64,000 nt of DNA from Amoebophrya sp. A120 (lineage: Eukaryota; Protista; Dinoflagellata), in contig CAJINV010000004.1 of assembly GCA_905178155.1 (NCBI GenBank), forward strand, positions 10,258,381 through 10,322,380. The letters are read 5' to 3'. Position numbers and translations under genes: made by a program. A model generated the notes under the pieces. It saw nothing but the letters and a program-made list of their open reading frames with translations, ran no database searches and was not told the DNA's origin. This document shows positions 1 through 12,000 of the stretch, one piece after another. Positions within the stretch are counted from its first letter, which is position 1. Every line of letters starts with the position of its first letter.

Positions 1-163
1 AAGCCTACGGCGGCTTCCAGCTTGCACATCTTCTTCTATTTCTTTTGCAAAATCTTCGTCGCTGCCATTCAGCCGATGACTTCCCACCGTAATCCCAACC
101 TTTTGGCGTGTCTGCTGCAGTAAGGGTTTTAACTCGGGGCCGCGCCAACTTTTTTCTCGGCGG

Positions 164-400
164 CCCAATTTCAAACGGTGATCGAGATTCGGTCAAGAAG
201 TTGGTCCAAAATCGGTCCGGACACAGATTCTAATATACGGACCGAATTTGGACCAATTTCTGACCGAATCCCGATCACCGTTTGAAATTGGGGGATGGAC
301 TCGATCGCCGTTTGAAAATCTCGATCACCGTTTGAATATCTCGATCACCATTTGAATATCTCGATCACCATTCGAAATTCCCGATCCCAGTTTGAAATTG
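164..400. repeat. ~55-bp imperfect inverted repeat (164-292) followed by five decaying 20-bp tandem units
   Basis: cccaatttcaaacggtgatcgagattcggtc...gaccgaatcccgatcaccgtttgaaattggg; then (tcgatcaccgtttgaatatc)-like units at 301-400. Confidence 0.85.
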
Positions 401-896
401 CCGATTGGCGACCTGGGGGGGGGCGCAAAAGGCCGGCCTGAAGTCCGAAGCTCTATCGTATAGCGTGGCGCAACATAGTGGTGGTGCCAGGCGGGGCCGC
501 CCAGTGGCGCCGATCTTCCCCCAGCTGAATGTGGCGCCGTGACGGTCCCAACAGGAAGAGCCACAGGAACACTCTTGGGCTTCCTTGGGCAGACCGCGTG
601 CCCCCGTGCCGTTCACAGTAGGCTTTTTTGCCTTGCGCTCATGAGCATGGTCCCTGCCTCTTGGCCCGGTGCCTAATTTGGCGTCACTCGCTCGGATATA
701 GGCTCTGAGGCTGGTAGAAATAGTGAGCACCCATCCCATAGGAGTGTGAAAGTATGAAACTTTTGAAATTGGTTTGAATTATGTTCCAAAAGAAATTAGT
801 GCCCGTTTGCTTTTGAGTTACAGAAACACCAACCTGTAGTTGGACAAGAAGACCCTGCTGCAGCGCTGTTGCGTCGAGGCTCGAAGAAAACCCAAC

Positions 897-2365
897 TATC
901 GAAGGAAAAAAGTGTTACAGTTACACACGACAGCGAAAATAGCGTATTTTTTCAAGGGCAGGCTAGAACTTTTTTCGAGCCGCGGCTACCTGTCACGCCT
1001 ATTGCGTTTTCATTTTCGTGTCAGGCAAAAAGGAGGCCTCCACGTAGCTGCGGCTGCTTCAGTTCACTGGAATAGCTAAGAAGGCAAGCTGCTACATGTC
1101 GCGGACCTCATTGAGAACTACAGTGACTGATAGACAGGGCGGCGGCAGAATGTCTCAGCGAAACAATAGAGCGGGCCAAGGTCAAAGCGATGCTTTCGAC
1201 CTTGTGAGGGACAATGCCTGCTGTTTCACTTAGTCGCAAACCTGACGAACCGCAGCGACCGTTTTTATTGCCTCCAGGCCGACTTGCGCAACGGCGACAC
1301 GCGCGGGAGCGAAAAGTGCAGGACGGCGCTCGCTGGCATTTGACGCGACGAGCGGGCGCCTTTGCAGTGCCAGCCTTTCCCTTCCCATCGTGGTCATGAT
1401 GGCTCTACGTAATTCGCACTTTCCTGGCCGAATCGACGCCCTGTCCCGAAAGCCAACTTTCCACCCGGATTGCAAAAAAAAGTGATACGCACTGCATTTT
1501 TTTGAGGGGTCAAAGCAAGGCCAGAAAAAATAGCAACTGTATCACTTTTTTTTCCATGTGTAACACTTTTTTCACCGGGCGGAAACCAACTTCGATACTT
1601 TTCTCCCCGAGCGAAATCTTGATACAACGCGAAATGTGTAACACAGTAAATCGCAGAATTCCGTGGGGCTTCGCAAAAAAACTGCTGTGTTACACACCAA
1701 AAAGTGTAACTTTGGCCAGCCCTCAAGGGAGGGTCAAAATGTGGGTGATTTTGCGCAAGAGATTGCCGTTTTTTTTTCGAAATGTGTAACACCTCGACTG
1801 AAAGCAAACACGCGAAAGCGCAAGCCTTCAGCTAGAGGCTCTGCGTCAAGTTTGCACACCACGCAAAAGAAGCTGGCCCCATGTCCGTGATTGACTTGCA
1901 GGGATCCTGCGAGCGCAGCCTGCTCCGTGGGTGTCTGAGAACATGTCTCGCATACAAGTCAAGCCGCGCATGCTTGATAGCGAAACACTCGGACTACAGG
2001 GCCACCAAAACCCTGCCAATGTTCAACCGGAGGTGGTTTGCCACTGTTGTGACCGAGTCCCCTTCCATCTGTATTCCTTGCTTCATGTTGTCATGGGATG
2101 GGGCCAGGAAACAAAAGGCCAGCGAACCGCATTCCGGGCCAGCCATTGGGAGCGGAGCGCCAAAATAGGTGCGCCCTTAGCTAGCTAGTGTACGACGCAA
2201 CTAAGGGGGCCGATGGCTGGCTGCATTCGTGATGTGCATGTCTGCGTCATTCATCAGAAAAGAAGTTTTCGCCTACCTGCGCGCCAAAAAAATTCTTACT
2301 GAACGTATGAAAAAACTCGGCTTTTTTCTTGCAATGTGTAACAGTAACACTTTTTTTCTTTGATA
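897..2365. mobile_element. 1.47-kb non-autonomous TIR element, TATC...GATA ends, 5-bp TSD CCAAC
   Basis: ccaac|tatcgaaggaaaaaagtgttacagttacac...gtgtaacagtaacactttttttctttgata|ccaac; ~90-bp diverged TIRs; internal gtgtaacac/gtgttacac motifs at 1550-1795; no recognisable ORF. Confidence 0.7.
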
Positions 2366-3085
2366 CCAACCTGTAGTTGGAGAAGACCCTGCTGCAGCGC
2401 TGTTGCGTCGAGGCTCGAAGAAATTACTCACGGAACGCCGGGCCACTTCAGCTCGTCTGAGATCCCAAAAAGATCCTATCAAGATCCTGGCCGCTGGGCT
2501 ACTTCGGCGCCCCGAAATTACGAATCAGGCCCAATGTTTTGGCCTTCGCTTTGCCTCCTTTGTATAGCAAATTTGCGCGGCCTTTTCTGGGCGTGTCGCA
2601 TAGCTGCCGAGCCTATCCCGAGGGCCGCCCTGTTTGGGAAGCGCGATTTTTTTTCCTGGTGCGGGGGTATGTCGGTATTTTACGGCCACGCAAATCTTGG
2701 CGCGGGCCAGCCGTCAGGGAACGCGCCGCCCGCCGCGGCCAGCGTGTCCTTTTGCCCCCCCTTCTGGTGTGCTTCTGTAGTTTTTTCGCGGTAGTCTTGG
2801 ACATTGGAAAGGGGGTGGCGCGGAGGTGTTTCGACCGCAGGCATTCTACCTGCCCAGCATCCGGGAGCCCGCAGAGAGGCGATGGCCTTTGGCGCGATGC
2901 GGTGCCAAGTGTTTTGCTTCTTGGGGTCGCGGGGATCGGCAGGCCAATCCTGCAGAAAGCATGTCAAACAAGGGTGGGGGTTTTCTCCCCGCGGCACAAT
3001 TTTTGTGCTCAGGAGCATTCTCCAGTGGAATTCGGCCAGGCACGGGGCCACTTTCCAGAGTTCATGGCCGCCATCTCCATTTTCA

Positions 3086-3227
3086 AAAGTTCCGATCAAG
3101 ATCCTGTCCAGAGGACACTTTTTTCGCCGCTTTTCCTGGCCCCTCCCCCGCCTAGAATCTATGGATTTGGCGGCGCAAAAAAGTGGCCAAAAAAGTGTCC
3201 TCTGGACAGGATCTTGATCGGAACTTT
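3086..3227. repeat. perfect 39-bp inverted repeat with 64-bp spacer
   Basis: aaagttccgatcaagatcctgtccagaggacactttttt (3086-3124) and its exact reverse complement (3189-3227). Confidence 0.9.
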
Positions 3228-3399
3228 ATCGGATCTTGAACGGAACTTTTTAGGAACTTTTTTTTGGCCTCTGAAGCTTTCGCCATACCGTTCACCTGTA
3301 GTTGGAGACGACCCTGCCGCAGCGCTGGTGCGCCGGGGCTCAAAGAAAACCCGACGAGGACCAAAAACAGCAGCTCAAGGAGGAAGTCAACAGAAGAAG

Positions 3400-4191
3400 A
3401 TGCAACGAGGACCCGAAGGCGAAAAAGCAGCGCGACAACATGATCAACAAGTAGAGCATGACCATGACCCCACCGTTCCTATGGCTATGCCCCGTCTCCC
3501 CTCCTCTTCCTCCGCTGGGACGAGCAACCCGGATTTCTTCTTTATCGGCGACACGCAGTTTTTCGAAATCGTGGAGGAAGACGAGCAGGCGGGGGAGAAA
3601 TATTTTTCCTCCGGAGGGGAGGAGGAAGAGCACGAGGTGGTGCTTTTACACGAGAACGGGAAGTTGCTTAAGCCGCATAACCCAGCGGCGAATAATGGTA
3701 ACTCACCCGGAGGCAATAATAATAAAAGCAGCAAAAGCAGATGGTACAACAACAATAACCGAAGCAACAGGCCGAACAGCAACCGCAAACCGCGCCGGCA
3801 ATTAATCTGGGTGCCGAAAATCACCCAAGTGCCTGAGTCGCCGACGGGTGCGAAGAACGGGAATGAATTTTCCAAGACTGCGGTTTCTTGTTCTTCCCCG
3901 GCGTCGAAATCGTCGAACGGAACAGCGGTCTCGGAAGTATCGACCGCGGCTACGAGTAAGGAGTCTGCGAGATTGGGTTCTTCGAGTTGGAATTTGCAGA
4001 GAACAAACTCGCAGGAGAAAAAGAAGAAAATCGTCTGGTTGCCGAAAGCCCAGGTGGAGCAGATACGGTCCGGCGCGGCGAAGGTCGGGCTGCTGAAATC
4101 CCCGAAGGGAACGAAGGCGGCCGTCAAGGTAGTTTTGAGCGAGGCAGCCGCTCATGCGAAAAATCAAAAGAGAGGCGGAAAGAAAAACTAA
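3400..4191 (+). CDS. hypothetical low-complexity basic protein with two [LI]-[IV]-W-[VL]-P-K motifs
   Basis: 3' part of ORF 2539-4191; the 5' part of that ORF is repeat DNA, so ATG 3400 was chosen. Confidence 0.55.
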   Translation: MQRGPEGEKAARQHDQQVEHDHDPTVPMAMPRLPSSSSAGTSNPDFFFIGDTQFFEIVEEDEQAGEKYFSSGGEEEEHEVVLLHENGKLLKPHNPAANNGNSPGGNNNKSSKSRWYNNNNRSNRPNSNRKPRRQLIWVPKITQVPESPTGAKNGNEFSKTAVSCSSPASKSSNGTAVSEVSTAATSKESARLGSSSWNLQRTNSQEKKKKIVWLPKAQVEQIRSGAAKVGLLKSPKGTKAAVKVVLSEAAAHAKNQKRGGKKN

Positions 4192-4944
4192 ATGAGATTG
4201 CTGGCACCGATGTTGACAGTGATTCATGCGTCGTCGTGTCTGTGCTTTATCGAAAATAGAAGAGAAAACCACGACCATCAGGGACGAGATGAGATTACGT
4301 AGTGTTGGACAAATGCATGCCAACAGAGAGTGTGAGTTGGACTAGCAAGTTAGCAGCTTGTACTCCATCTCTGTTGTAGTAGATTTGGAAATGAACGACC
4401 AGGTTAAGGTCTACGTTTAAGACGAAAGGAAGACAACACGTTGACTTCATCGCCAGAAGCAGAACCCGTTCTGTTATGGGAGGAAAAGTAACCCGACTGC
4501 GACTGGAGTACACCTCTATTGTTCTGGAACCAAAAGTAACCGGAGCCGAACGGCTGTTGAGTTCATTCATAATATATAATTGAAAATCTGAAATTTACGA
4601 CCTCTTCGAAGGGGGGCTTGGCCTTGGGCTTCTGATATAAAATAAAACTCAAACTTTTGCTACTCATCTGCGCCAGCGAGTTTAAGATCTAGATCTTCCA
4701 ATATCTGTTGTTTTGTTCTTTTCCGCTGCTGTTGCATAGCTCTTTTGATTTCTGTTGTAGAAAACAACATCCTCGTGGAGATCGTTGAACAGTCTCGCGC
4801 CGGCGATGTTTCTAGCAGAAGTTTTCCATTCGTGTTTCGTACGCAGGACGAGTTTTTCTGGTTCTTCGTAGCACCCAGTAATGCGACTAATACGTAAAAC
4901 GAAAGAGATGAATCAGTGGAAGACAAAAAGCAAAATCCCGCAAC

Positions 4945-6263
4945 ATGGTGCCTGCAATTCATAAGTTTCATTTTGACAAAAAAGTCATTCTGTTTGGCGA
5001 AGGAGGATTCAAATTTGCAGCTGCATACGCACTTCGAAACCCGACACACCATTTGGTTGCCACCACTTTGGAGAGCGCCGATGACGTCTTCTGCAGAGAT
5101 CCGCTCGCCAGGAAGCGCGTCGCCGCTCTCCGCGACGTCGGTCACGAAGTTCACTTTGACACAGATTATCGCAGATATTCAATGGAGATAGAGAAATCCA
5201 GACGGCCGCCGATGTTTACCAAGTTGGGTGGGAAAACTTCCCTCGAATGGGACTTTGGCAAACTTCCCTTGGGTGGAAACGTGAATCTTGGGCGCGCCGT
5301 CCCGCCACGGATTTATTGCTGCGGACTAATGACAAGAGGGGGTTGCACGAATTTGACATCGTCATCTTCAATTTTCCCTACGTCAAAGAAGACCCACGTC
5401 CAGAGTGGAAGCCTGCAGGAACGCTACCCACGTCATGTAAGAGCGCAGCACTCATCGTCGACTTCCTAGTCTTCTGCAGCCAGGAAGCAAAAATCGGAGC
5501 GGAGATTCTCTTGGGTCTCGCTACGTCGAAAAGCATGACGTTTTTTGACGATCAAAATACAGATAGCGACAACGAACACGAAGAATTTCCGGAGTGCTAC
5601 CGACCGGATCAGTACGGCAAGTACGCCCAATTTTCTGCAGAGAGCCTCGTTTCGCAAGTCTTGGCAGGGAATTACGCCGCGCTGTACGAGACTGACCGTC
5701 TTCTTCCGGTGTTGTTGCTCGAGGACAAAGACAAAGACTACTACAGCATGTATGAAAACGAACCGGTGGCATACGAACACGTTGCGGAGTCCAACAACAA
5801 AACGCATGCCGAACACTCCGTCGCCCGGCATTTGGAAGTCCAACAACAAAACGCTTTTTCGTTTCACTTTGCTACCATGCTGTCACAACAGAGCTTCTTG
5901 CTCTATTCCATTTCGCCAATTCTACGGGCAATCGATCAAATTACCTACTGGATCAAGTTTCGCGCAGACACCGCCCCTTCCGTCGGCAATGCCGAACTCT
6001 TGTTCGACGAGTGTCATCAAGCCCTCGTGGACTGGGCTAACCGTAGCGAACTTGATTCAGGACTTGCAGTTGCCCTTAGTGCCGGCGCGAACTTTTACGC
6101 CGGCTTCTACTCGAAAGATTTGCAGAAGAAGTGTGGCGTCAGCGATCTCTTACGAAAGGAACGCCGTCTTGCGGAACGGGCGTGTGGCAGCAACCTCGTT
6201 ATAAATGCCACTTTGGAATTTGATACTTGTAATGGTGGTTTTTGTGTGAGCAAGTGGTGTTAA
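4945..6263 (+). pseudogene. DUF2431 / BMT5-like rRNA methyltransferase-domain paralogue with a frame break near 5210-5295
   Basis: ILFGEGGFKFAAAYA..LVATTLES in one frame and FDIVIFNFPYV in another; collinear with the intact paralogue at 6883; could be an unresolved non-canonical intron. Confidence 0.6.
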
Positions 6264-6882
6264 GGGTATTTTTGAAACTGTTTTTATAGATCAGGATGGA
6301 AGAACTTGAACTACGCAATCAGCTGAAGAGTGAATTCTCCGTGGATCATTTCCATTTGATGCAGGCTCTTCTGGGGAAATAAGAAAAACTCTATGACAAT
6401 CAGTCCATATTAAATCCAACGCAACGGTGAGGAAAGCATCTTTTGTACACCGTTTGCGTGCCGCTCTCTGGTTTAGACTCAGAGAAGAGCGGCAACTACC
6501 CAGGCAACAAAAACAAAGCCACCAAAGGCAAAGGTTCTTCGCAAGTACGGAAGTCATCTGGCGTGAGCGAGCGGGGCAGAGGATGACGACAAACACTATG
6601 CTTATGCATTATTGGTGAAAAGCACACCAATACAAGTGAGTGCGGAGAGGACTAAAAAGTAGAAGTGGATCTTTCCTGCTATAGAGAGAAAAACCTTAAA
6701 CGGGGGCACGGTAATTGAACCGCAAGCAGTACCGCAAGCATATAGAATGCGCATAAATTGTTCTCTCAAAGGTAGCCGCGTTAACGAGGCTTACATCGAA
6801 TGTCTGAACGAAGTATGAATGTGTTGGAGCGTGTTTGGAAAAAAACTAGAGTTTGAAATATCGGGGAAAACAAAAGTTTAGA

Positions 6883-8319
6883 ATGTCGACCAGCGGTGGA
6901 AGATGGTCCATCCGCCCCGAAGGCGATACAAGCGGCTTCGTCCTTAGGGGTCCGCGCTATCCTAGTAGCAGTGCCGGGCTCAGGTGGTACGCAAGGCAAC
7001 GTGAACTACAATCGTCGGCAGTTGCAACTACTGACTTTGAAACCAGAGTGATTCTGTTTGGTGAAGGCAATTTCAGCTTCGCCGCCGCTTATGCGCAACT
7101 TCATCCGGAGCGCCACCTGACCGCCACCACCTTGGAGAGCGCAAACGATGTCTACCAACTTGATCCGGAGGCGCAGAATCGTGTGGAGAAGCTGCAGAAA
7201 GATGGTCATCAAGTTTTGTTTGGAAAGGACTATCGGACTTACTCCTCGGACCTGAAGAAGTCCACCAAACGTGCGCTAATCGATGTCGATCCCATACAAC
7301 TGATGCTTCGACAAGAAAGGCAAAGGGGCTTGCATGATTTCGACATCGTCATCTTCAACTTCCCCTACGTCCGGGACAACGGCGGACCAGCAACGGCCAT
7401 GCTAATCGTCGACTTTTTGGTGTTTTGCAACCAGGAAGCAAAAATCGGAGCAGAAATCATTTTGGGTTTGGCAACGTCTCGCAAAATGACGGTGTGTTGC
7501 ACTGAGATCAAGGGAGAAACCAGAGCACGGGCGCACTACAAACCGGACCAGTACGGAAAATTTCTACAGTTTTCGGCAGAGAGCCTCGTTTCGGAAGCAC
7601 TCCGTGGCAGCTGGGGAGCGGTCCCGCTGTCGAGGCACGGGTCGAGTTCTTCTTCCACAGAAAGTACGACGCGGGAGACGTCATGCGCACTGCCGGTCTT
7701 GGTGCTTACAGAAAAGGATCACAACTTCTATTCTAAATACGAACAGCGTGGCTACCAACACGTCACGACCGGCACTTTCGAAAAAAATCTGATCATCTGG
7801 TCCTACAATAACAAAACGCTTTTTCGGTTCGCGGTGACGCGGTGTGATGATGTGCATCCCACCGACGCGTATCATCACTGTGTCGCACTTTCTTATGTTC
7901 CCTCACTTACCGGGACCGAGAGAGATTCTATCACGCCCTGGCTCGACTACCACGCGAACACAAACTGGAGCATTGATGAAGACGAAGACCGTTTCATGAG
8001 TACGTCGCTGCGGAACTACCACCGCGATTGGAAACCATCTGGACGAGAGCGCTTGCGCGACATCCTCCTCCTCAGCCTAGAAGATCAACACCAGCCCGCT
8101 AGAACATCCTCTTCGAAACAAAACCTCGCCAGTATGCTCTCCGACGAGCAGAAGCTAGCACGCGATGCGATCGATGTTTTCGAGATAGGCCCAAAGGGAA
8201 AAACAGAAACCAAGTTAGCAGTGTTACAGAGAAGAGGTGGAGGTGCGCACCGGACGGTGGCGGATACGGTAGGCGGGGATGGAGGAGGCGACGTAGTGCC
8301 TGTGGTGTATATGCCGTGA
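6883..8319 (+). CDS. DUF2431 / BMT5-like (25S rRNA m3U methyltransferase domain) protein
   Basis: ILFGEGNFSFAAAYA, LTATTLES and FDIVIFNFPYV motifs typical of DUF2431. Confidence 0.75.
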   Translation: MSTSGGRWSIRPEGDTSGFVLRGPRYPSSSAGLRWYARQRELQSSAVATTDFETRVILFGEGNFSFAAAYAQLHPERHLTATTLESANDVYQLDPEAQNRVEKLQKDGHQVLFGKDYRTYSSDLKKSTKRALIDVDPIQLMLRQERQRGLHDFDIVIFNFPYVRDNGGPATAMLIVDFLVFCNQEAKIGAEIILGLATSRKMTVCCTEIKGETRARAHYKPDQYGKFLQFSAESLVSEALRGSWGAVPLSRHGSSSSSTESTTRETSCALPVLVLTEKDHNFYSKYEQRGYQHVTTGTFEKNLIIWSYNNKTLFRFAVTRCDDVHPTDAYHHCVALSYVPSLTGTERDSITPWLDYHANTNWSIDEDEDRFMSTSLRNYHRDWKPSGRERLRDILLLSLEDQHQPARTSSSKQNLASMLSDEQKLARDAIDVFEIGPKGKTETKLAVLQRRGGGAHRTVADTVGGDGGGDVVPVVYMP

Positions 8320-9039
8320 ATTTGTTCCAATGCGATGAAGCTAGGATGGCAAGAATCCTGGCGGGAAATAAGTAAAAAACATGATACAGCAACTGCATCT
8401 TGCCGCAAGCAGCCTCACATTCGATTAAGTACTCATTCAGATTCCTGCTCCCAGTCCAGCTCCAATAGATTTAAAGAAAGTAAGTACTTGAACTTGTGGG
8501 TGCGAGATATTGAACTCGTGGGTCATGCCCACGGCAGTGTGAGTGTTACTTGTGTGGGTGTACTGGTCGTTTCGTTGAGATGAGCATGTTGCACATCGTT
8601 GATCATTTTCTTTTCAATGTCGCGCCTTCACTAAGCCTTGGGTCGTTCGGTTCCTTCTGTTGAAGATCCAGATCCTCATATGTTTCGTTGCTTGAAAACG
8701 GTTGTCAATCTTTGTCATGTTCGATGGGGATCTTCGTATCGTTTGTCGTGATGTCGCCGAGGGAATATTACTTGTAGCTTAGCACAACGCGATCTCGTTT
8801 TTCCTGGGAGGACCAGTGGTCCTCACGGACATCCGCAGCAGTCGTTTCTTCTTTGCATTTTTTGGATTGATAAAGATTTTTCTTAACTGATCATGAAAAT
8901 GATAATAATTTTTTCAGTGTCGTGGTACAATCAGGGCAGAGGATTTTTCAAGGTCAGGTTGGTTGTGGTACAAACTGGGTTGGTGGCCCTTTGCAAGAGA
9001 TACATCATCTAGTCTCTATCTAGCCCAACACCACAAGCC

Positions 9040-12000
9040 ATGCCCGACGCCCGTTCCCCTCTTTCCCCGAGCCAGGCGTCCCGCCTGCCCCAGCTCGACC
9101 AGTCCGCCTCCTCCCACATGAACCACACCGCAAACACCACTCTCCAGCTCTCCCTCGACAGTGGCGAAACCCCCCTTTTTCCCTTCGAAACCCTCGGCGC
9201 GGGCTTGGATTTCGTGCACAAAAGACTCCAGACGGAAAATGAGGAAAAGCTCCGGGCGCTCATCGGCGACCCGTTGACGCAGAAAGTGGACGCTTTGAAG
9301 GCGGAAAATGCGGATCTGCGAAAAAGGCTGGCGGTTATGCGGGGCGAGAAGGTGGGCGTGCAGGAGGTTTTTCCAATGTACGAGAACTTGATCGAAAGAC
9401 AAGTGAGAAGAAACTCGGAAATTACGAAACACTTGAGAGGAACGTCGGACGACAATTTGAGTGTGATAAAAGCGGTGGGGCACTTGAGTGACCGGCTGGA
9501 TCAAGTTGGTACAATTGCGATTTTTGATTTTGTATGGCTTTCTGCATGACAAAACAAACACAATAGATACGGATGGATGCATGACTGTTCTTTTCGTTCC
9601 AAATCCGAATGACAAAAACAAACTTCTCCCGCAGGTATGGAAGACCGGCGTATTTTCGACCTGCAGCGCAAGCTGGAGCACACGGAGCGGACCGTCCGTA
9701 CCTTGGAAAAGGATCGGTTCCAGCTCCAGAACGACAAAGCAAATTTAGAGTATCGGGAGAAGAACCTGCAAATCGCGAACGAGTTGTTGAAGGGGAAGGC
9801 GGACGATGCAAATGCGAAGATGCTCCACTTCAAGGGTCTGTACAACGAAAAACAGAAGGAAATGAGCAACATCACACACTCAGTGAATTACATCAGTCTC
9901 TTGTCGGAAGAGAGGGAGATCGTGTCTAAGAGAAAAAGCCGTACTACAATTTGTCTTTTCATTGTGTTTGCCGTTGCCTTTGTTTCTCATACGAATTACG
10001 AAATCCGCTTCCCTTTTGTCATGCAAAAGTACATCACATCAAAACTAAACAGGTATACCCGAGGGCGGCGAGGACATGTGGAAGCGGGGTTTTGACAAAA
10101 TGCGGGTGGAATTCATGCACCTGATGCGGCTCTACACCATGCAAAGGAGGAAATTGGAATACGCCGAGAAGCAGAAAATGCTCGCGCAGGTCCGTAACAA
10201 GAAGTTAAAGGCCGATTTGCAGAAGGCGTGGCGGGACATGTCGGACCCGCACAGAATCGCAGCGGAACTAGCGGCGGCGACCGCGCCGGTACCGACAGGA
10301 GCGGATCATCACATGAACGGGACGACAAATAATGGCGGAGCGAGTGGGAGTTCCAGTTCCACCGCGCCGAACGGAGGGATGCAAAACGGAGCGTCATCTG
10401 CAAATAATGGAAATAACGGTGCGAGCCAAAACGGCGAAGTCCAGTTTCTCCCGCCGGCCTTCCGGATCCAGGAGGAGACGGACATCGTCGACGAGTCGTC
10501 TGACGTAAAACCCTACGAACTAGTCGGCCCGGGGCTGTTGGCAACCGGGTCGGCCGCGTCGTCCTCGTCTACGAGTCCGTCTACCGGGGAGCTGACGCAG
10601 ACCGCTTTATCCGCGAGCTCCTCTTCCAGCCCGCTCGGTCCACCACCGCCATTTGACGCGAGCGAACATTTTCCGCTGGGGAACTTTTTCCTCCAGTACC
10701 TGCTTTCTTCAAAAGGGGATTACCCAAACCTATTTTTGGAGGATTGCGTCGACGCGGATAGGAATAAGTGCGAGAGGCTCGTTATGCAATGCAAATATGT
10801 CTGGGTCTGGAAGATTGCGAGACTTGTCATGCAGATCTTCAATGAGCCATGTCATCTGGAATGCAGGACCCAGCATGACAGATTCCGTGAAATCCCTATC
10901 ATGCCTATACTGCATGAGAAACTTACTCTCACCTTGGTCAAAAGTGCTTATCTTTTGGCATTCATGCAACACTACAGACTTCTGCATGATCCAGAATCAG
11001 CATGACAAGTTGCAGTGTTCCAAACACAGACATTATTTGCATTTGATACTAGTGTACAAAGAGTTCGTCGCGCTGCATTTCCGGTCGGTGAAGGTGAAGC
11101 AATTATTGGAAGCGGGAGCGAAGATATCAAACAAAAAAAGTTCGTCACGATCACTCATCTTTTCTTCATGTGCATTTGTGCAATACAAAATTTTCTGTCA
11201 TGCGCAAAAATGCATCACAGCCAAGGGATTTCCCTAGTGGTAGTGTTTCTGCAATTCTTACATGTAGTGGCGCTAAAAAAATTTGTAGTGCAAAGCCTGC
11301 AAGTTGGTGACTTTGACAAACTTTTTTCTCTCCATAGAAGTTGCAGGAGGTAACCGACGCAGACCACGCCTTGACCATGATTCAGGACATCGCGAAATCC
11401 TTTCTATCCGCGGACAGAGTCACGGTCTGGGTGGTGGACGCGGTACTTACTTGAAATATGATGATTTTAATTTTATTCTTTTCAAGGTAGAACAAACCAT
11501 TCGAGATCAAGCTTGAGGCTGCTGCTGCTGCTCACACTCACACACTATGCATGACAGAATATCTTCGTATCAAAACAAGAAAAACCCAAATCAACCAAAA
11601 ACAGGCTCACGGCCTCTGCTGGACACGATCCGCCACACAGCAGGGCGAAGCGTTCGAAATCAAGATTCCGATCGACAAGGGGTTGGTCGGCGAAGCAGCG
11701 ATGACGGGAAAACCGATCAACATCCGAGACGCGTATCAGGACCCAAGGTTTAACAGGAACATCGACAAGCAGACAGGGTACTACTGATAAATGATATATA
11801 AGATGCTGTGTGTGCGTTTCGAAATTTTTCGCCATGTTGGTTCCACTTCTCAACACCAGGAGGCTCGAAAAGTAAGGAAAAATTCCAGAAACTACAGGAC
11901 ACGCTTGAATTATACCTAGTCCATCGCAGTCCTAGCACGACTCAAATACGTCGAAAATATCAGGTACCGCACCAAAGAGGTCCTTTGCCAGCCGATCCTA

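Larger units (their letters stand above)
829..3355 (+). repeat. three dispersed copies of a ~60-bp motif (829-890, 2366-2423, ~3295-3355)
   Basis: acctgtagttgga..agaccctgctgcagcgctgttgcgtcgaggctcgaagaaa; third copy more diverged. Confidence 0.85.

Noticed and set aside
2539-3399. 5' half of the 550-aa ORF
   Set aside because: It overlaps GC-rich repeat and inverted-repeat DNA and starts at TTG; probably open by chance.
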